A DNA stretch of 64,000 nucleotides. Source: the human T2T-CHM13v2.0 reference genome, Homo sapiens. Positions within the stretch are counted from its first letter, which is position 1. Each line of letters starts with the position of its first letter. The notes under the pieces are model-generated. The model was not told where the DNA came from and did not search any database. It worked only from the letters and a program-made list of their open reading frames with translations. Location: NCBI RefSeq assembly GCF_009914755.1, contig NC_060932.1. The stretch is one strand, 5' to 3'. Made by a program: the position numbers and the translations under genes. Positions 41,660 through 54,980 of this stretch are shown here, piece after piece.

Positions 41660-41758
41660 CTTTAAATATGGGATGCTCTCAGCAATTTTGTTCTGTGCCT
41701 TCAGGATGAAGCCATAATGGACTTTAGCAAAGCCATCATTAGGTGTCACACTCAGCAC
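41660..41758 (-). CDS. ASPH: ASPH coding exon (exon 19), 99 bp, VLSVTPNDGFAKVHYGFILKAQNKIAESIPYLK
   Basis: Contained in ORF 41576..41758(-); acceptor tttag|GTG, donor AAG|gtaatg; phase 0-0. Confidence 0.97.
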
Positions 41759-42699
41759 CTAAACTCAAAGAAAACACAGAACATAACTCAAAGAAAACAT
41801 AGGTGATTGCTTAGAAAATTCTACAGATGACTGTCAAAACCAGTTTTAATTAGCTTTGTTGTACTTGGATTGGATTATGATGTTACAGCTGAAAACACCA
41901 TAGTACTTTGTCTCATGGCAATATCATTAAGCTTAAATGGCTCCATTTCCTCTCAACTCAATATGCTTTGCACATTTACACAATGGTTCTTCAAGAATGA
42001 AGAAATGAATGAAAAGGCAATAACCGTTAAAGCATCACTTTAACAATGCAAATCAGCAAAATATCTCTCAATTGATATGACTTCAATATTTTTTAGTGAT
42101 CAAGGGAAAATGGCTTTAAATTTGCTATACTTGAAGACAATTCTGAATGGTTATTAGACATCACTTCATATACAAGCTTTATACATTGCCTTAATTAAGA
42201 GAAAATTTAGATTTGCATTTGTAATACATCACAATCCATTCATTCAACAGAAAACTTCTTGAGTGCCCAGACCATTTTAAGCCCTGAAGATAAAGTGGTG
42301 AGCAAATCCAATATTCTGTGATAAAACCCAGGTAAATATTTCATATAAATCACATCACTGTTTATTATTATATGCATTCATTATGATTTAAAGATAAATT
42401 ATGCAAAGTGCCTCTAAATTAAATATTAATAGTGAGAAACCAGAACAACAACATTCAACTTGAAAAGCTACTTAGACAAACTAATTTATGGAACAAAAGA
42501 GAAGGATGGAGAAGGTTTGAGTCGGTGCATGTGCATGTAGGGAAAGATGCATCTCCCATCTCTTCTCTCCATCCTTGAGACTGAGTAGAAAAAGGGAAGT
42601 CACAGCCACAGCAGGACTACAATGGGGTTACACAGAAGGATCAAGTGTACACGCAGGGGACACCAGGCCCTCGGGGGGCCCACACAACACACACTGCAG

Positions 42700-43600
42700 A
42701 TGCTGTAGCATTTTCAGCTTGCATCTTGTCCTGAACCTCATCGATTAGCAAATCTGGCCAACACTACCTTCAAAATATATTCAGAAACATACCATGTGTC
42801 ACTTCCTTCACCACTGCTACCCTGACCCAAGAGAGGTGTCTCATCATCTCTCTATATCTTCTTACAGGAGCCTCCTCACTGCAGATCCTCTGCACACATG
42901 GCCCTGACCCTGTGTAGTCCACTCTCCGCTTGCTAAATCCTAGGTCAGATCTCAACCCTCCTCTGCTGCATTGCACTCAGAGTGAGTGCAAGATAGGGTT
43001 CCTGGAACCACCCCCAAGGCCTCCCTTGGCTGGGCCTCTACATTGCTCTGGCCTCCTCTCCTGCCCCTGCCCCTCCCAGCCAAGCCTCTGAGGCATGTTG
43101 GACTTCTTGCTGCTCCACAGCAAGCCAAAGATACCCCTGCCTCAGGGTCTTTGCATTCACAGTACCCCTCTGGCTCAGACTCTTCCGCCAGACATCCCCA
43201 CAGCAAGCTCCCTTACCTCTGTGAAGCCTACCCCTGACCATTACCCGCATTACTAAAACTGAACCCCCTCCATCCCTAGTCACTCTCCAACTTCTTTACC
43301 TTGACTCACTTTTCTTCATAGCACTTATCACCGTCTGACCTAGTATACTTTTATTTCTCCCACTAAGATGCAAGCTCTACAGGGATTTTGTCTGTTTTGC
43401 TCATTGCTCATCCCCGCTGCCTGTTATGCATAGCATAGCATTCAGGTGCCCGAGAAACCTGTACTAAATGCTCAGATGAGTACATGCTGGGCTTTCCTCC
43501 CTAACTAGACCTCTGAAAGCCCAGATCCTGCTTCTCTGCAGTTTCCACAGTACTGTTCCCAAGCTAGACATTGAGCAGGAGCTCAATAAATACCTCTGGC
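42700..43600 (+). mobile_element. L2 LINE 3' region
   Basis: cctcagggtctttgcatt...; ttcatagcacttatcacc; gggattttgtctgttttgctcattgct...; ctcaataaata. Confidence 0.75.
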
Positions 43601-44561
43601 ATTGAACTAAATTGACACAGATGATGATTCTGCCAGCATAACCATGGAGGGATTATTATAATTATTACAGCTACACAGATGACATTTCTGCCTACTGCAG
43701 GCACACAGCCATTATCTCAAGTAATTAACAAATTTATTGATTTACTAGACATCTTAGAACACACAGAACTCTTCCAGGCCCTGGGCATAGAAAGATAAAT
43801 GAGATATACTCTCTTTTCTCAGGGGGCTCTCACTCAAGTGAGGGAGACAGATTTAGAAGTAGACAAATTTAGAAGTAGACAATGCAAGATGGTAAATGTA
43901 GCTATAGATAGGCACGAAGCATGCAGGGGTTATATAAGAGGGGCACCTGGCTCACTCTAGGATGAGTGTGGGTGGGGCCAAGCTCTGAAAGGTATTTAGG
44001 GATAAATAGGAGTTCACCAGGAAAAGGAAGTGTGGGATGATGGAGGAAAAGGCATTCAAGGTATATTAGAAAGTGAGTAGAAAGGGATAGTGGGCCAGGA
44101 AAAGCAAAAGAGAATGTTGTTAAATTATGAACAAAAGGTGATAGCAGAAGAGATTGGAGAAAAGGCAGAAGTCAAATTAAATCACAAAGGGTCCTGTTTA
44201 GTATCAAGTACAAGGTAATCTCCTGGGGAGTAGAAAAAAATTACATACACTTCTACTTGTATCTGTCTCTCAAATAGTGTGAAACAAGCTCTGTGGCTCT
44301 ACTGTGATCTGCACGGTGGACAGCCATGTGTCCCATTCAGGAAAAACACTGTCAGGAGGCGAGGTTCAGGGCTCAGGCCCCAGGGCAGCTGACAGTGCTG
44401 CCCTCCCTGCTTGCTTCTTTGTGCGTGGGTACCATGCTCACTGCAGTTTATATGCGAATGTGTAATGGACATGCAGGTTGTATTATCTAGTTGTAATCAA
44501 CAAACCCTCAGAAAATGACAAGTGGTTTTATGAGATTTCTAAAAAACCCAGATTGAGGCTA

Positions 44562-45162
44562 CAGTTGCCCTTTGAACAACATTGGTTTGAAATGCATGGA
44601 TTATCTTCCGCCTCTGCTGCCCCTGAGACAAGACCAACTCCCCCTCATCCTCCTCCTCTTCCTCGGCCTAGTTAAGGTGAAAACAGTGAGGATGCAAACT
44701 TTAATCATCCACTTCCTCTTAATGAATAGCAAATATATTTTCTCTTCCTTATGGCTTTTACAGTTTCTTTTTCTAATTTTTTAATTTTTGTAGGTACATA
44801 GTAGGTGTATGTATTTATGGGGTACATGAGATGTTTTGATACAGGCATACTATGCATACTAATTACATCATGGAAGATGGGGTATCCAGCCCCTCAGACA
44901 TTTATCCTTTGTGTTACAAATAATCCAATTATATGCTTTTTAAAATAACATGTTCTTTTCTCTAGCTTACTTCATTATAAGAATATAACATATAGTACAT
45001 ATACAAAATATGCGTTAATCGACTGTTTATGCTACCCGGTGGCTTCTGGTCAACAGCAGACTATTAGTAGTTAAGTTTCTGGGGAGTCAAAATGTGCACA
45101 TGGATTTTCAACTGCCCAGGAGGTTAGCATCCCTAACCCCTGTGTTGTTCAAGGGCCAAATG
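44562..45162 (+). mobile_element. Tigger3a (MER7A) with an L1MA 3' fragment inserted (about 44760-44940, minus)
   Basis: TA|cagttgccctttgaacaac ... gttgttcaagggccaaatg|TA TIRs; insert reads ttttgtaggtacatagtaggtgtatgtatttatggggtacatgag. Confidence 0.85.
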
Positions 45163-46649
45163 TAATATTAGACAGATTGTCTCTCTCTTTCTCTCTCTCT
45201 ATAAAACACACACATCCATACACAAACACAAAGCACAGACAAAAACAACCACAACCTCATACAGCCGACATTTCTATCCCCAGTACAAACTCTTTGCGTG
45301 ATACATTCCTGGGATTTTAAAAAGTTATATAATCATAAAATCATAAATATTAATTTTTCAGCAAGAGTTAAAAGATTTTCTGGCAGTTAAATAGAATTTT
45401 ATATTTGACATCATCTTAAAAATTGTTTTGGGGTATGTACCTTTTGTAATGCACATGTATATTAGTGCATATATATATACATAATATTATGTGGGTACAT
45501 ACATGTACACATAACATATAAGTACATAAACATATCTCAGGCATTTGCTTGAACATTTTAGTCTGGAAGGGCCGCCATCAAGCATGTTTGAAGACCACTG
45601 CTGCAGGAAATGAGAACCACAGAAGATTTAAAGCCGAGGGAGATGATCAGGGTTGTGTTTTAGTGTTGGTGAGGGTTGGGGGGGAGCAAGCTAGGACAGG
45701 ATAAACCTGTCCCTGCTCAGGCAAGAGATGACGGGTGCTTTGGTTACAAAGGGAAGGGATTTGAAAGTTAATCAGAAGTTAAAATGAACACAAATTCGTG
45801 ATTTGGTACCAGATTATAAACTTCATGTGGGCACATTCTGCGTGTGTTTCATGAACTACTGTTTCTCTAGCTAGTGTGTATGGGTTTTAATAGATGTGTG
45901 TTGGCTGAGTGAATGGGTATACGTGAGCAGTGGCGGGTGAGTCAGGAGTGGCATGAAACTCCCCACTGTAACACCTGGGCAGCTGCTAATGTTGCCAACT
46001 TGCAAGAGAATCCCAGGAGGGGCCGCAAAAAGCCACAGACTGGAGCAAATGATGTCACACCATTTTAAAGCCAGTTTCTTTGTTGCAACTAAAAGCAGCA
46101 AAAAGCTGGAAAAATAAAAATATCAATGATTTTTATAAATGTACTCAAAAGTAAAAATTAACATGAAGAAAAATATAAAATTACAATGTCTGTTTTCTAA
46201 AAATGATCTTTAACATAAACATATCAAGAAAAACCTTGGTTAATGAAAGAGACTCCATTAGATAATAGCTTATTAACTTAAAAGTGAGAGGACCGGAAAA
46301 AAGGCGACCCCCACACATATTTTCAGTCTATTCATGCTTTAAAAAAAAAACTCATTCAATTGAATAATATCCTTATATTTTAGACTTTCTGCATCCTATT
46401 ATGCATATTCAGATGAGATTATGATATAAAATGTATAAACAACAGGTAAATTTTATTTTTCGGGATGAAGTAAAATGTTTCACATATCTGAGATTTAGCG
46501 TCAGGTAAAGGGATGAATATCCTGAAGGGAGGTTTTAAAAAGGTGAGGAAGGACAAATCCACAGTGTATTAGAGAAACCAGTATGCTGTCAGATCCTGCC
46601 CTAACCTCAAACGTGCTTGCACCCAGTCAACACTTCAGAATGTTTTTTA

Positions 46650-46878
46650 GATGGAAAGAAAGAAGGAGGAAAGGGTGCAGGAAGGTAGGAAGCGAGAGAG
46701 GGAGGGGTAGAGGGACAGAAGAAAGAAAATAGGGAAGAATTCTACAAGGAAGGAAGGGAATGAGGAGTAAGGGAAGGAAGGGAAGAAGGAAGGAACGAAG
46801 GAAGGGAGAGAGGGAGGGAGGGAGGGAGGGAGGGAGGGAGGGAGGGAGGGAGGAAGGAAGGAAGGAAGGAAGGAAGTT
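46650..46878. repeat. (GGGA)n/(GGAA)n purine-rich repeat
   Basis: Visible directly. Confidence 0.93.
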
Positions 46879-47368
46879 AGGAATTCTACAAGTTCCATTT
46901 TTGTGGCCTCTGACAGTGACAAACTAATGGATATGTTTGTTATAGCTTCACAATTCTTACATTCACAGACCCTGATTCACTGAGGTATATGATGCTTCTC
47001 TTAACCATACTCTGTAAGACAGGGCATTGAGTGTTATGTGTTGGCCATTAACAAATGCAATGTTCCACATGGAATTAATTTATGACCTGGAATAGGTCTT
47101 TAGTAAATGGCACACATTGTCAACATTAAAGGTTCAATCCACCCTGTGTAGCTATTAGTGATGTTATAAAAGCAAAGGTCTTATTTCTGTTCTCTCAGAA
47201 AATATAAAAATTATGAGAAAGGTAAAAAGACAACTGCTTCACAATTCAATGATTTTCATTACACAATAATAGCAATACACAGAGGAAAGTACCGCTTTGA
47301 GGATAGACCCAGTCCCTACCAGAGTATGAAACTGCTGTTCTTGATGGCATTTAAAAAATACTGTAAAA

Positions 47369-47683
47369 GGAGTAGGGTGAGATGACTTGTGCCTGTAATC
47401 CCAGCTATTTGGGAGGCCTGAGGCAGGAGGGTCACTTGTGGCCAGGAATTTGAATCCAGCCTGGATATCATAGGAAGACCTCACCATCACTAAAGAATTT
47501 TTTAAAATTTAGCTGGGCATGGTGGCATGTGCCTGTAGTCCCAGCTACTTAAGAGGCTGAAGCAGGAGGATTGCTTGAGTCCGGGACATGGATGTTGAGG
47601 TGAGCTATATCATGTCATTACACTCCAGTCTGGGCAACAGAGTGAGACCACGTGTCAAAAACAAAAACAAAAGCAAAACAAAA
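47369..47683 (+). mobile_element. AluJ
   Basis: Diverged full-length Alu with (CAAAA)n tail. Confidence 0.85.
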
Positions 47684-48092
47684 CTGTAGCAGAAATCATA
47701 CTATCACTGAGTGGTAGCATATTGATGTAGACTTCACCAGCTTGAAAACCATTGATCAAAGGGCCTAAATTAAAGAATAACAAGTAAACATGTTCATCTT
47801 TCTTTTACAGAGGCGCTAACTTTCTCCATCTTCAAAATTCATTGGGCATCCTGTTCATTCTGTACCAAATGAATTCCTCCACTGCCTAAAGAAGTCACAT
47901 TTCTCTAGATTTTCTAGTTACTTGTGACTTAGAGGTTATCTATCAACATCTGTTATAAAGTAGAAATCCTTTGAAAGGTATCCTTGCCAGAGGATTTGAA
48001 GAGTCAGTGCCCTGCTGAAAAGTGAGTAATTTATGTCACATGCTTGAAAGGCCCCTGTTCTATATAGCCTCTCTCTAGACCATACTTCTGCC

Positions 48093-48119
48093 AAAAAAAA
48101 AAAAAAAAAAAAGGAAAGT

Positions 48120-48152
<33 letters not shown>
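48093..48152. repeat. A20 run followed by (TG)n microsatellite
   Basis: Visible directly. Confidence 0.95.
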
Positions 48153-48155
<3 letters not shown>

Positions 48156-48478
48156 CATTCACAGGAACTTAAATTCTTCTTCCTGTCATGAAGAACAATT
48201 TTAGAAAGACTATGTATGGAAAGATAAATATGAAGTTTTAAAAGAATCACAATTATAAGTTGAAGGCTTTAAAGTACTAAGTGTTAACTAAGATTTAAAA
48301 ATCTTCTGATCTAGGAAGAAAAGCAATGTTAAAACATAGTTTAGAATATGTTAACTATAATAATACTTACATGCTTTTTAACTTAATTTAAAATAAAGAG
48401 AGACTGGGTATAATAAATGTAATTTGCAAATAGCCTTAGAACTTAATTTGACGTAGTTAATACAAGATTGATGCTTAC

Positions 48479-48615
48479 CTCTTCATAAACTTTCTTTGCA
48501 TTGTCATTATCTCCTATCAAGAGGTATCCCATGCCAAGGTCATTTTTTAAGGAAGTATCATTGGGAAATAGTTGAACTAATCTCTGCAGGGTAAGCAGGG
48601 AACCTCTCATATGAC
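48479..48615 (-). CDS. ASPH: ASPH coding exon (exon 18), 137 bp, (G)HMRGSLLTLQRLVQLFPNDTSLKNDLGMGYLLIGDNDNAKKVYEE
   Basis: Acceptor ctcag|GT, donor GAG|gtaagc; phase 1-0; reads DLGMGY where I recall DLGVGY in the reference (see findings). Confidence 0.97.
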
Positions 48616-49792
48616 CTGAGTAGGTGGGAATTTAAAAAAAATAGAAATAAAAACAGATTATGTACACTTTTGTATTGAGAATGTAAGTCATGAGAGACTA
48701 TTCACCAGAGCCTGAGAACCAGCTCAAATCTGGCTTTATTAGTGGTTTACTAAGTACCTAGTAGGATTTCATAATGTAGTTGCAATGGTATTAATAACTG
48801 CCATAAGTAGATACTGAATATGGTATTGATTATAAACATCTAAAGACATTCTCATTTTTTACATTCAGCAATGTTTACCATTTTATGTTAAATTCCTTCT
48901 CAAGAAAAACTTAGTTAACAATTCCTCGTTAAAAAAAAAAAGTTCTGCTGAAATCTTTTTGGTTTATTAACTTTATGAATAGGGGATAAGCAATAAAAAG
49001 TCTTAACTAACTTCAGGGTCTAGCACCCTGTATGCAATTCGAAAAGGCACCAAAGTACATAGGACAGTACCTAACTGCTGACACATCCCCTATGAATGAC
49101 AAGTGTACTCATCTCTAGGTAATGACCTAGTCATGGAGCAAATGATACATCATCCAGTATTATGGGGCCCTCTCGTGGACAAAGGCATACTTTGCACGCA
49201 TGAATCATGAAAAAACCCAGCTTCAATTATCTGTATAAAAGAACATGTGCAAAAAGAGGACTAGCATCAACGAAAAAAGCCATGAATTATCTAAAGGGCT
49301 TAGTTGCCCACAATCTAGGAGAGTGATGGGAGTGTCAGTACGCTAAAGCAGCTGTATATTCCACTGCCAAACCATCTGCCATAAAGCATCACCAACTCAT
49401 CCGACGGCCTATGCCCCATTACCAGCCAATCATATTCCAACCAGAACCCTAGTCATTTCCTCACTAACAAATCTGGGCTTCCTTTTCTATACCTTTCCTT
49501 CCCCCTATCTGCCCACCTAGGCTCACACTTTCTTCTAGAAATCTCCTATTATCCACAACAAAAGCATGGACACAAACTCCTCCTTGCAGCCATCTGCTCC
49601 CCATCCCTTCCACTCTGCATCTGGGAACCCTGTTGTGTTGTGACCAACTTCACCACCATGTCATTTTCACTAAAATCTTCTGTCTCCATTTGCCTCAGAG
49701 CCTCCTCGAGTGAACTTGCTTTATTCTCAAGGACATTCTGAGAGGACTACATTCAAATGCTGATGGATTGCTGTGGAAGAGGCAGTCACCTT

Positions 49793-50396
<604 letters not shown>

Positions 50397-51234
50397 CCTT
50401 TTCTGTGCTGAATTTGTGCTGCATGTTTTTGTTCTGCTGCACTGGTCCCTATGAATATTAGTCTAACTGACCATTTCTTATCATTTTTAATCATCACATG
50501 GACTTTAGTCCTATTTTATTTATCTACAAAAGTGATACAACTCCTCTTCATTCTAATCCTCGGAAAACTGATAGGAGGGTCCATTGGGCCTTGACTCTAA
50601 TCTATAGGAGCCTCCCCTAAGTGACATTAATAATCTGTCCATGTAACTATCTTGCCAGCCGAGCACCTGCCTTGGCAGTGACTCATAGCTTAGCTCCTTC
50701 CCTCCATGTTGACTGATGATCTGTTATGGGAAGAGAATTGTAAGCCTGGTTATCGTGAAGTTAGCTAACAGCTAGTCTTACTTGCCTTTGGTACTGGGAA
50801 CCTGGGTCAGTCCAGAGGATGGTATATGATGTTCTATATTATGTATGCTACTTTTAGCATCTAGCTGGTATCATTTTTCCTCAAATGATAGTCTTTAGAT
50901 TGTAGCCTCCTAAATCTGATGATATATGATATGATGTTCTTTTCAAAGTATTTGCAAATTTACTTCATGTTTTTTTTTCTAGCATTTTCCTTGATATAGG
51001 GTCAAATCTTACCAGTAAATTTTTTTTAGAGTACCAGAAACAGCTATTATTCATTTATACAAAATTTCCACAGATAATTTCAACCTCCATGAATCATTTT
51101 GCTATAGTTAAGGAAGAAAAGAATTTGGTATCACAGGAAGAGTTTTTTATTCCAGACCTATTAATCTATTAGCTATGATTCCTTAGGCAAATTATACAAG
51201 CTATCATAAAATGGGAAGAAAGAGGGAGAAGAGA

Positions 51235-52716
51235 GCTAGCAGAGATTTGTTCATGAAATTTAAGGGAAGAAAACATCTCCATAAGATAAAAGTGTAAGAT
51301 GAAGTAGCAAGTGCTAATGTAGAAGCTGTAGCAAGTTTCCAGAAGATCTAGCTAAGATCATTGATGAAGTGATCTACACTAAACAGCTAAGATCACTGAT
51401 GAAGTGATCTACACTAAACAGCAAATTTTCTATGTAGACAAAATCACTGTCTATTGGAAGAAGATGCCATCAGGACTTTCATAGTGAGAGAGGAGAAGTC
51501 AATGCCTGCTTTCAAAGTTTTGAGGATACACCTACTGTGTTGTTAGGAGCTAATGCAGCTGGAGACTTTAAGTTGAAGCCAGTGCTCACTTACAATTTTG
51601 AAAAACCTGGGGCCCTTAAAAATTATGCTAAATCTACTCTACTTGTGCTCTATAAATGGGAAAACAAAGTCTGGATGATAGGACATCTAGCATGGTTTGT
51701 TGAATATTTTAAGCCCACTGTTGAGTCCTTAAAAAAGATTCCCTTCAAAATATTACTGCTCACTGATAAGCACCTAGTCACCAAGAACTCTGATGGAGAT
51801 GTATAAGGAGGTGAATGGTGTTCTCATGCCTGCTAACACAACATCCATTCTGCAGTTCATGGATCAAGGAGTAATTTAGACTTTTAAGTTCTATTATTTA
51901 ATAAATACATTTTATTTAAATGTCACAATATAAAAACTAACAGGAGTTTGGGGAGGAAGTTGCTTCCAACCCTCATTAATGACTTTGAGGGGTTCAAGAC
52001 TTCAGTGGAGGAAGTAACTACAGATGTGGAAATAGCAAGATAACTAGAATTAGAAGTGGATCCTAAAGATGTGACTGATTTGCTGCAATCTCATGATCAA
52101 ACTTTAATAGATGAGTAGTTGCTTCTTACAGATGAGCAAAGAAAGTGGTTTCTTGAGACTGAATGTACTCCTGGTGAAGATGCAGTGAACATTGTTGAAA
52201 TGGCAACAAAGGATTTAGAATATTCCATAAACTTTGTTGATAAGGCAGTGGCAGGGTTTGAGAGGATTGACTCCAATTTTGAAAAAAGTTCTGTAGGCAA
52301 AATACTGTCAAACAGCACTTCAAACTACAGATAAATCTTTCCTGAAAGGAAGAGTCAATCAATGCAGCAAACTTCATTGTTGCCTTATTTTAAGAAATTG
52401 CCTCAGTCACCCCAACCTTCAGCAACCACCACCCTGATCAGTCACTGGCTATTAACATTGAGGCAAGACCCTCCATCAGCAAAAGGATTACAACTCACTG
52501 AAGGCTCAGATTATCGTTAGCATTTTTTAGCAATAACATATTTTTAAATTAAGGCTTGGACATTGTCTTTTAAACCGTAATGTTATTTCACACTTAAGAC
52601 ACTATGACATAGTATAAATACAACTTTTAGATACCCTGGGAAATCAAAAAATTTGTGTAACTCTCTTTATTCTGATGGTCTGGAACCAAACCCACAGTAT
52701 CTGTGAGGCATGCCTC
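51235..52716 (+). mobile_element. Tigger1 DNA transposon, 5'-truncated, with broken DDE transposase
   Basis: ORFs 51537..51806 ([14 protein letters not shown]...FKILLLTD) and 52119..52334 are Tigger1/pogo transposase remnants; 3' end tatctgtgaggcatgcct. Confidence 0.92.
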
Positions 52717-52903
52717 TATTAAGATTAGGATTACAATTTCAGTTTTAGAGATGGTGAGCCTAGGACAGACACATTACTTGAAATCAGTTGTAAAACTCAG
52801 GTTTTCTCCCACGTAATTCTTCTAAGAGAAGAATACACTCTTCAGCTTCTTCAAGATAAAACATATGCCATTTCCTACTGAATTACCTTTGATTGCATCT
52901 TAC

Positions 52904-53054
52904 CTAGAAATTGTTGCCTGTCTGAGCGACGCTTCAAACTCAGCTTCAGCAGGTCTGCAGGGACATCAGGTAGGCTGGCCACCTCTTGGTAGGTCTCGAT
53001 GGCTCCACGTAGCACCTCATTACTTCTCCTCTTCTCAGCCAAATCATCCTCACA
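52904..53054 (-). CDS. ASPH: ASPH coding exon (exon 17), 151 bp, CEDDLAEKRRSNEVLRGAIETYQEVASLPDVPADLLKLSLKRRSDRQQFL(G)
   Basis: Acceptor ttctag|TGT, donor CTAG|gtaaga; phase 0-1; in frame with neighbouring exons. Confidence 0.97.
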
Positions 53055-53379
53055 CTAGAAGAAGTCCCCAGACTGGATAAATGTCCCATGACTAGCTGTG
53101 TATGTAATTACCCAAAATATTCATAAAAAGTTAACTTTTGGACATGCTTTAAAAGAAATGTAAGACACGTTAGCCTTTTCTCCTTATCAAGAGATAAAAA
53201 AAACTAACAAAAGATAGAAAATCAACACACTATTTTAATAATACAAGGTAAAGTTTGTTACTAAAGACAAGAAAGAATGTCATAAATGCAGGACTAATAC
53301 ACGCTGGGGCTGATGGAGATGTACGTCCTATTACACACTAACATTATATAGGCAGGTCTCCAGCCCAAGTTCCCGTTCT

Positions 53380-54980
53380 TTCATTAATTTATTCGTGTAT
53401 GCATTCGTTCATTTAACAACTGTTTTCTGGGAAAGAGGCACTCTTCTACAAATGTGGCAGGCATATTGAACAAAACTGACAAAGCCCTTTTTGCTTCTAC
53501 TTTGCATCCATTTTGGAAAGGTGGCAAATATAATAAACAAATAAAGGTACTATGTGTCTAACAGCCATAAGTGCTGTGGATAAAAACAAAGCAGGCTTAG
53601 GAGTGCTGGGTAGGAATGGTAAGGAGTTGCTAATTTAATCAGGATAATTGGGGAGGGCCTGAAAGAAGAGAGGGAGCAAATTATGAAGATACCTTGGGGA
53701 GTAGCATTCTAGGCAGGGAAAAGAGCAAGAGCAAAGGCTTGGAGGTAGGAGTGAGGAATCGAGGACAGGCCAGTGCAGTGGAGGGGAGGAAAGGGAAGAC
53801 CAATGCAGGCCATGAGGTAAAGTAGGGCCTGGCAAGATATTGACAATTCTAGTACACAAAGTGAGACGGGAAGACAATGGGGGCTTTTGAAATGATCTGA
53901 TGTATGTATTGAAGGGATCATGGTGGCAGCCGTATGGAGAACAGACTGAGAAGCTGGGAGAGGCAGAACACTCCAGCAGGAATCCAGGTGTGGGATGGTT
54001 ATGGCTTGGACTAAGGTAGCAGTAATGGAAGTGGTAACAAGTGGTCAGATTATAGATACATTTTGAAGGTCAGAGCCAACAGATTTGCTGATTGTCTAAA
54101 TGTAGGGTGTGAGAAAGGGGGAGAGAGAAAAACCATGAATGAACAAGGTTTGGGCTTCAGTGATTACTGGATGAACCGTCATTCCTTGAGAATGGGAAGA
54201 AAGGGCAAAAGCAAGTTTGGGGGCAGTATAGAATCAGGAGATTTGTTTTGGACATATTAAACCTAAAATGTCTATAAGATATCCAAATGGAGTTACTGAC
54301 CAGGAAGGGGCATATATGAGTCTGAAGTTCAGGAGGGAGGTCAGAGTAAGAGAAGTTAAGTGTGGGAATCATCAAGGATGAAGATGGTATGTAAAGCTAG
54401 GAAGCTAGAAGCAGTCGAGAGTGTAGACAGAGAAAAGAAGCGGTCCAAGAACTGAATCCTAAAGAACTCCAATGTTTAAAGGTCATTAGAGATCAGGATA
54501 ACAAGGGAGGAGCAGCAAAAAGGAGGGAGCACCACAGTACTGCAGGTTCAAGAGAACATGAGATGGAAGGAGGTGGAGATAACTCTTTTGAAGAGTTTCA
54601 CTGTAAAGGGGAGCAGAAAAATGAGCCAGCTGGCAGAGGGTAATGTGCAGACAAGGGGAGTTCTTTAAGGATGGGACATAGTACAGCATGCTTCCAAGGA
54701 GATGCAAGAGACTCAGTAGAGAGGGAAAATCTGATGATACAGAAGGAGACACAAAAATTAGAGGGATGTCCTTCAGCAGGTGAGAGAGGAACAGGGACCA
54801 GAATAGTCCATCTGTGCTAACAGGAGGGAAGGCAGAACATACGGGCACAGGTAGAGGATGGCTGTTAGCATAGTAGCAGCATCAGGTGGAAATTGTCTGG
54901 ATATTTCTATTTTCTTAACGAAAAAAGAATCAACATTCTTAGCTGGAAACTGAGAATGGAGAGTAAAATACTGGAGTCAG
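53380..54980 (-). mobile_element. Long L2 LINE fragment
   Basis: attcgttcatttaacaac start; ttttgaaggtcagagccaacagatttgctgat; gatatccaaatggag...gagtctgaagttcaggag. Confidence 0.75.

Noticed and set aside
45930-46030. AP-1 site TGAGTCA (45938-45944) and a CTCF-like ccaggaggggccgc nearby
   Set aside because: Several AP-1 heptamers are expected by chance in 64 kb, and the CTCF-like motif has two core mismatches; not supportable without chromatin data.
51537-52334. Transposase-like ORFs as a TIGD-type domesticated gene
   Set aside because: Short broken pieces of a 5'-truncated Tigger1 with stops, frameshifts and a deletion.
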